The notes under the pieces were generated by a model that worked only from the letters and a program-made list of their open reading frames with translations, searched no databases and had not been told where the DNA came from. The translations under genes were made by a program, and so were the position numbers. A stretch of 32,000 nucleotides of DNA from Candidatus Heimdallarchaeota archaeon (GTDB lineage Archaea; Asgardarchaeota; Heimdallarchaeia; Heimdallarchaeales; Kariarchaeaceae), in assembly GCA_030149205.1 (NCBI GenBank), contig JASBSB010000007.1, positions 510,001 to 542,000 of the forward strand, in the 5' to 3' direction. Below, piece after piece: positions 26,939-32,000 of this stretch (its first letter is position 1; the number at the start of each line of letters is the position of its first letter).

Positions 26939-27704
26939 AACTGGAATAAGTTGTTATCGCAGAAAATATGATGTCTTTAAGCATAGGAAACTTTTCATCA
27001 AATATTTCTACAACTTCCTCATGAGTTACCTTATCTTGCATCCCAGCCCCATAATTTGTCACAACTGCTGTGGTTGCATAATCAATTCCCAACTCTCTTG
27101 CCAAAAAGGCTTCAGGGGCAGAAGTCATCCCCATAAGGTCACCTCCAAGGAGTTTTGACATTTGAACCTCTGCAGCAGTTTCAAACCTTGGACCATTAAA
27201 GACACTGAGAGTAGCCTTGTCAAAATACGGGATTTTAAGATTCTTCAAAGCTGACATAATGGAGACCCTTACCGTCTGTGAAAATGGATTCGTCACATCA
27301 GTATGCTGAACCTTTTTGAACTCTGTAGGAACCCCGTCCTCAGCCCCACTTCCCAGAAAAAAAGTGTGTTCCCTACCAGAGGTAAAATCTAAGATCTGAT
27401 CTGGAACCACAAAACTCCCTGGTTTTAAATTATCCCTGCAACTCCCAGTGGCATTAGTAGCAAAGATTGCCTCAACACCCAAGGTTTTTAATGCATAAAT
27501 GTTGGCACGATAGTTTATTAGGTGGGGGGGTACTGTATGTCCCTGCCCATGTCTTGCTAAAAAAAATAGTTCTGATTCGTTTTTTGCATCTTTCAGTTGC
27601 ACTATACTCCCAGATATACCAAAAGGGGTTTTTAGTCTCTTTTTTTCGCCATCTCCTATCCTGTAAAATCCAGATCCTCCTATTATTCCTAACTTCATTA
27701 ACAT
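26931..27704 (-). CDS. MTAP/MTIP-family purine nucleoside phosphorylase (probably 6-oxopurine/methylthioinosine type)
   Basis: GIIGGSG, LARHG, INYRANI, GPRFET, GMTSAPEAFLARELG; VTNYGAG has Asn where adenine-specific MTAP has Asp (VTDYD). Confidence 0.9.
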   Translation of the reverse strand: MLMKLGIIGGSGFYRIGDGEKKRLKTPFGISGSIVQLKDAKNESELFFLARHGQGHTVPPHLINYRANIYALKTLGVEAIFATNATGSCRDNLKPGSFVVPDQILDFTSGREHTFFLGSGAEDGVPTEFKKVQHTDVTNPFSQTVRVSIMSALKNLKIPYFDKATLSVFNGPRFETAAEVQMSKLLGGDLMGMTSAPEAFLARELGIDYATTAVVTNYGAGMQDKVTHEEVVEIFDEKFPMLKDIIFSAITTYSSSS

Positions 27705-27862
27705 AACAAATTATGACAAATAATAAGAATTAACATCAGTTTCCAAATATTTTAAAGAAATAATCTTAATTCGTGGAGATTGATTTTTTCAATGTCTGTG
27801 TAATACGCAATGTTAGGACAAGTTTATTAAAAAATCTATTTACCTTAGATTTATCAGAAGAA

Positions 27863-28762
27863 ATGTTCCAGAAATTCAAAGACTATTTCATGTTACTACG
27901 ACCGATTAATGTTGGTATGATAATTGCAATGACAGTAACAGGAATCTGGTTCGGAGACCCCAATCAGGGTTTGACTCAAATCTTTCTAAATTATACCTCA
28001 GCTATTATTGTCGCTGTAACATATACAGGGATCGCAATGGTTCATAATGATGTTCTGGACATGGAGATCGATTTAATTAATCAACCTCAAAGAGCATTAC
28101 CCTCTGGGCGAGTCTCGAAGAAAGGTGCATATATATATATGGGGTCATTGTTTATTGTCGGGACTTTTTTTGGGAATGTATTAAGTGTCCCAAGTCGAAT
28201 AATAATGTTCTCTACACTAATCTTGTCATTGTTATATAATTGGAAGTTAAAAAAAGGTGGGTTTATCGGGAATTTGGTTGTTGGCTTTACCGCAACATCT
28301 GCATTTATCTATGGTGACGCAGTAGCAGCTGGTTGGACACATTTTTGGCCTTGGTCAGAATGGAATGCTTCAATTTACCTTTTCTTAATTTCTTCCTTAC
28401 TCAACACCGGTCGAGAGGTGTGTAAAGGGATTATGGATGTAGAGGGTGATAGTCAATTTCATGTGCAAACAATCGCTGTAATCTATGGAAAAAAAGCGGC
28501 TGCTAGATTGGTTTTGTCACTTATTCTCCTCGCGGTTGTGTTTTCGATAGTACCAGTGGTAACAAATGTATTTGGTCCTGTGTTTATTTTAGGTGTATTA
28601 TCCACCTTGGGATTAATGTTGATAAATGGTATACCCTTGCTTAAGAACCCAAATTATGAGACTGCGAAAAAGTTCAAGGACTTATTGCACCCTATAATGC
28701 TTTTTGCTCTTCTCCTGGTGGTTATCGACATCATTTTTAAGCGATTTTTATACCTGTATTAA
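27863..28762 (+). CDS. UbiA-family digeranylgeranylglyceryl phosphate (DGGGP) synthase; start probably ATG 27863 (ORF track 27773)
   Basis: LLRPIN, HNDVLDMEIDLINQPQRALPSGR, YNWKLKKGGFIGNLVVG, REVCKGIMDVEGD. Confidence 0.88.
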   Translation: MFQKFKDYFMLLRPINVGMIIAMTVTGIWFGDPNQGLTQIFLNYTSAIIVAVTYTGIAMVHNDVLDMEIDLINQPQRALPSGRVSKKGAYIYMGSLFIVGTFFGNVLSVPSRIIMFSTLILSLLYNWKLKKGGFIGNLVVGFTATSAFIYGDAVAAGWTHFWPWSEWNASIYLFLISSLLNTGREVCKGIMDVEGDSQFHVQTIAVIYGKKAAARLVLSLILLAVVFSIVPVVTNVFGPVFILGVLSTLGLMLINGIPLLKNPNYETAKKFKDLLHPIMLFALLLVVIDIIFKRFLYLY

Positions 28763-28813
28763 TCTTATCCACAATAAAGAACCTTAAAATGCAATGATGA
28801 GGAAATGTGATTA

Positions 28814-29821
28814 GTGCCAATCTTATCAACTCCACTAACAATAGCGCTATTATCATTAGGTTTCACCTTGATTACTGTCCTTTTCTATTATAAACAGGAT
28901 AAATATGAACCTGAACCTCTAAGACTTATTCTTCTTGCATTATTTTTTGGTGTTCTTTCTCCAATACCAGTATTAGTAATTTCTTCCATTTTAGATGTAT
29001 TTTTATTTAGTGGAGGCTTGACATTTCTATCAGCGACAAATGGTGGTGGAATATTTATTGTAGCCCCAATCGTGGAAGAATCTAGCAAAGGGCTTTTTGT
29101 GTTGATTTTAGCCACAAGGAAAGATTTTGATGGCCCTCTTGATGGCTTAATTTATGGAGCGATGGTTGGTGCTGGGTTTGCTTTCGTTGAAAATATACTT
29201 TATGGATTGGGAGCAACAACTTTTGGGTTTGGTGTTCAACTCACTATCATTCGAGGGGCTCTTCAGATCCTTAGTCATCCTCTGTATACTGGATTGTTTG
29301 GAATCGCTGTTGGAGGTCATAAGGTGGGGCTTTATTCTACACAAAAGATGTACCTGTTATTAGGAAGAAGTATCTTATTCCATTCAGTTTGGAATTTCTT
29401 TGGGGTTTTACTAGAGGGTAGTGTTTCATTTGTAGTTGGATTAACTGGTTTATTGGGCGTAATAATTGTCGCAGTAATAGTATTAAGGAGAGAGTTAAAA
29501 TTCACAAAATTATTGGACTTACAGGCATTTGAGTCCGGTTATTATAATCAGAAAAACTCAGTTCAGATTCCCCCTACCTCACAAATTTTTTCAGATCCAA
29601 CTTTTCCTAGCCCTCCTATTCAAGGATTTTCTCAAGAAGCTGTTACCCCTACAAGAATCTGCCCAGCATGTGGGAATCAGATCAGCTCTTCAGCAAACTA
29701 TTGTAGATACTGTGGTGTGGACTTACAAAAGTTTCAACCCTCCACAAAGATTTGCCCATTGTGTAATGCCATAAATGAAGCAGATGCAAATTTTTGCAAG
29801 GTTTGTGGAACTGTACTTTAG
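28814..29821 (+). CDS. PrsW-family intramembrane glutamic protease with a C-terminal double zinc ribbon
   Basis: DKYEPEP, APIVEESSK, GAGFAFVEN, HPLYTG, HSVWN; tail CPAC/CRYC/CPLC/CKVC. Confidence 0.9.
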   Translation: MPILSTPLTIALLSLGFTLITVLFYYKQDKYEPEPLRLILLALFFGVLSPIPVLVISSILDVFLFSGGLTFLSATNGGGIFIVAPIVEESSKGLFVLILATRKDFDGPLDGLIYGAMVGAGFAFVENILYGLGATTFGFGVQLTIIRGALQILSHPLYTGLFGIAVGGHKVGLYSTQKMYLLLGRSILFHSVWNFFGVLLEGSVSFVVGLTGLLGVIIVAVIVLRRELKFTKLLDLQAFESGYYNQKNSVQIPPTSQIFSDPTFPSPPIQGFSQEAVTPTRICPACGNQISSSANYCRYCGVDLQKFQPSTKICPLCNAINEADANFCKVCGTVL

Positions 29822-29888
29822 TTCTATATTCTGACTGATTAATACATTATTGCAAAATTATCGTGTACTTATCGCCCATCAAATTGAG

Positions 29889-29896
29889 TTTAAATA
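29889..29896 (+). promoter_or_regulatory. TATA box of the tldD-pmbA operon
   Basis: TTTAAATA beginning 28 nt upstream of GTG 29917. Confidence 0.55.
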
Positions 29897-29916
29897 CTAG
29901 GTGTTAAATTCAACTT

Positions 29917-31377
29917 GTGACTGTCATAGACAAAAGTCTGTTAGATTACTCCTTAGAGAAAGCATCAATCTCAGGTGTAGAATATGCAGATGTAAAATGG
30001 TTAAAGCGAAAAAGTGAATCTCTTACCGTTAAAAACAACATTTTAGAGTCTTCAGTTCGCTCAAATTCTGAGGGAATAGGTATTAAAATTCTCTTTAATG
30101 GGGGATACGGGTTTGCTGCAACTAATATAATTACAAAGGAGTCAATTGAGAAAACTGTTGAGAGAGCTATCAGAGTTGCAAAAGCAAGCTCTAGAGCGGT
30201 CAAAAATCCTATTTCTTTGGCTGAAGAGCCAACTCACACCGCAAGAGTTCAAACTTACCAGTTGATTGACCCAAACAAAATACCGACTGAAGAAAAAATT
30301 GAATATCTGATAGATACAACAAAAAACGCAGATATTAATGATAATCGAATTAAATCTAGAAGTGCGTATTATAATCACTGGACAGACCATACTGTACTTT
30401 GGACAACAGAAGAAACAAAAATAGATCAAAAAATCATTGTGACTGGTGGTGGGGTCTCAACTTTGGCAGTTCAAGGTAGTGAGACACAGGTTAGAAGCAA
30501 ACCCTCATCTTTTCGAGGTGATCTTGCAACTGCTGGTTATGAATTTTTCCAAGAGCTTAAGCTCTTTGAAAGTGCTCTTGAAGCAAGTCAGGAAGCAGTT
30601 GAATTGTTAGAAGCTCCCCAATGCCCAGCCGATAACCATGCAACCATCATAATTAGACCTGGGCAACTAATGCTTCAAACACACGAGAATGGACATGGGT
30701 TTGAACTTGACAGAGCATTGGATTATGAGGCTGCTTTTGCAGGAACAAGTTTCCTCAAACCTCATCTCAGAAATCAATTAAAGTTTGGGAATGAACTGGT
30801 GACTATCCATGCAGATGCCACGAAACCTCGTGGATTAGGGAGCTTTTATTATGACCATGAGGGAGTCCAAGCCCAAAAAACAACACTTGTTCAAGATGGG
30901 TTACTGACTGGCTATCTAACATCAAGAGAAACAGCACAGCAAATTGATGATCTGAGGTCTTCTGGATCAGCACGAGCCTCAGCTTATAATAGGATGCCAC
31001 TTATACGAATGACAAACATTAATCTGAAACCGGGTGACTGGAAATATGATGAAATTATTGAAGACACAAAAGACGGATATATTTTTGATACTAATGTTTC
31101 ATGGAGCATTGATGACCTGAGATTAAGCTTTCAATTTGGAACAGAAATTGGTTGGAGAGTAAAAGAAGGTGAGATTGTAGGATTAATTCGTAACCCAAGT
31201 TACACGGGAATCACCCCTCAATTCTGGAACTCAGTTACTGCAATAGCTGATGAAACAGACTTCAGAATGTTTGGAACGCCAAATTGTGGCAAAGGTGAAC
31301 CGGGGCAGGTAATGTATACTGGCCATGGATCAAGTACAACAAGATTCGAAAATGTGAGGATAGGTGTAGTGCAATGA
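29917..31377 (+). CDS. tldD: TldD-family metalloprotease
   Basis: EYADVK, GYGFAAT, HENGHGFELDR, GSFYYDHEG, RASAYNRMPLIRMTN, NCGKGEPGQ. Confidence 0.93.
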   Translation: MTVIDKSLLDYSLEKASISGVEYADVKWLKRKSESLTVKNNILESSVRSNSEGIGIKILFNGGYGFAATNIITKESIEKTVERAIRVAKASSRAVKNPISLAEEPTHTARVQTYQLIDPNKIPTEEKIEYLIDTTKNADINDNRIKSRSAYYNHWTDHTVLWTTEETKIDQKIIVTGGGVSTLAVQGSETQVRSKPSSFRGDLATAGYEFFQELKLFESALEASQEAVELLEAPQCPADNHATIIIRPGQLMLQTHENGHGFELDRALDYEAAFAGTSFLKPHLRNQLKFGNELVTIHADATKPRGLGSFYYDHEGVQAQKTTLVQDGLLTGYLTSRETAQQIDDLRSSGSARASAYNRMPLIRMTNINLKPGDWKYDEIIEDTKDGYIFDTNVSWSIDDLRLSFQFGTEIGWRVKEGEIVGLIRNPSYTGITPQFWNSVTAIADETDFRMFGTPNCGKGEPGQVMYTGHGSSTTRFENVRIGVVQ

Positions 31378-32000
31378 GCGACCAATTTAACCCAAGAAAT
31401 ATTTTTAATATAAACGAACATGGTGATCCCTTTAGTACCATAGATCAAGGTATTGATTTTCTACAGAATAAAATTGAAAATGCCGGTGTAATTGGGTTAG
31501 TTTCAGCACAATACTTATACTCTGGAACAACCAGGTATGCAGTTAACCAAATAACACAACACACAGAATTCGGAGAAATCACTTTTACACTCTCACTTAA
31601 CGAAGGTAAACGACTAAGCAGGGGTTCCACAACAGTTACAACTGAAGAGGGACTGGAGGAGTTGTTTGACACTTTGCAAGATTCTCTAAAGAAATCACCA
31701 GAAATTGATTTTTATCAGGGTTTTCCGGAATCTAAACCGTCAGAATTAAAAGATTTATCCAGCCCAGAATGGTCTATTGAGGAGAGAACCGACACAGTAA
31801 TTGAAGCCATCAATTCATGTGAAGAGATTGAAAAAAATGTAATAGTTTCTGGGACTTGTTCAACCTCCAGAAACTATAATCGCGTGGTAAATTCATTTGG
31901 ACTTGATGTTGATCACTCTGGAAATTCTAACTATTTTAAAGTTAATGCAATTATTGAATCACCTGAGGATAGAAATCACAGAGGTTACGGACAGGAGGAT
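31374..32000 (+). CDS. pmbA: PmbA/TldE-family partner subunit, N-terminal part; runs off the right edge
   Basis: ATGA overlap with the tldD stop and a GGTG Shine-Dalgarno 7 nt upstream. Manual translation gives MSDQFNPRNIF...SGTTRYAVNQITQHTE...GKRLSRGSTT, resembling the TRFANNxIxQ motif. Not in the ORF track. Confidence 0.82.
   Translation, partial: MSDQFNPRNIFNINEHGDPFSTIDQGIDFLQNKIENAGVIGLVSAQYLYSGTTRYAVNQITQHTEFGEITFTLSLNEGKRLSRGSTTVTTEEGLEELFDTLQDSLKKSPEIDFYQGFPESKPSELKDLSSPEWSIEERTDTVIEAINSCEEIEKNVIVSGTCSTSRNYNRVVNSFGLDVDHSGNSNYFKVNAIIESPEDRNHRGYGQED

Noticed and set aside
465-31672. Many short antisense or alternate-frame ORFs in the track (e.g. 465-701, 3148-3330, 4162-4928, 5973-6272, 8414-8626, 9834-10672, 11373-12231, 12752-13099, 17672-18908, 29147-30429, 31218-31672)
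   Set aside because: They lie inside well-supported genes on the other strand or frame and show no motifs; treated as shadow ORFs
1-32000. CRISPR arrays, tRNA/rRNA genes, IS elements, integrases
   Set aside because: No regularly spaced repeats, GC-rich structured RNA segments or transposase/recombinase motifs seen by eye; tRNAscan-SE, Infernal and CRISPR finders were not run

Overview
AT-rich, gene-dense archaeal window, most likely from an Asgard (Heimdallarchaeia-like) genome. This is an inference from a RadA-type recombinase, a UbiA-family DGGGP synthase, a Rab-like small GTPase with no lipidation motif, and TATA boxes about 30 nt upstream of many start codons. About 29 CDS are supported, two of them truncated at the window edges and absent from the ORF track (acyl-CoA ligase at 1..708, PmbA/TldE at 31374..32000). 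I saw no rRNA, tRNA, CRISPR array or transposase. Most interesting: (1) a 734-aa protein made of six extended winged-helix-like repeats, overlapping tail-to-tail with a SEL1-repeat protein; (2) a stand-alone ketosynthase with an intact Cys-His-His triad next to an alpha-oxoamine synthase, with no ACP, AT or KR in the window; (3) a RadA with a duplicated N-terminal HhH domain next to a SHOCT-bactofilin-like protein; (4) a vapBC module with a repeated palindromic operator and a possible AUA start; (5) a TldD whose metal motif is shortened to HExxH. All family calls come from motif recognition by eye; no searches were run.
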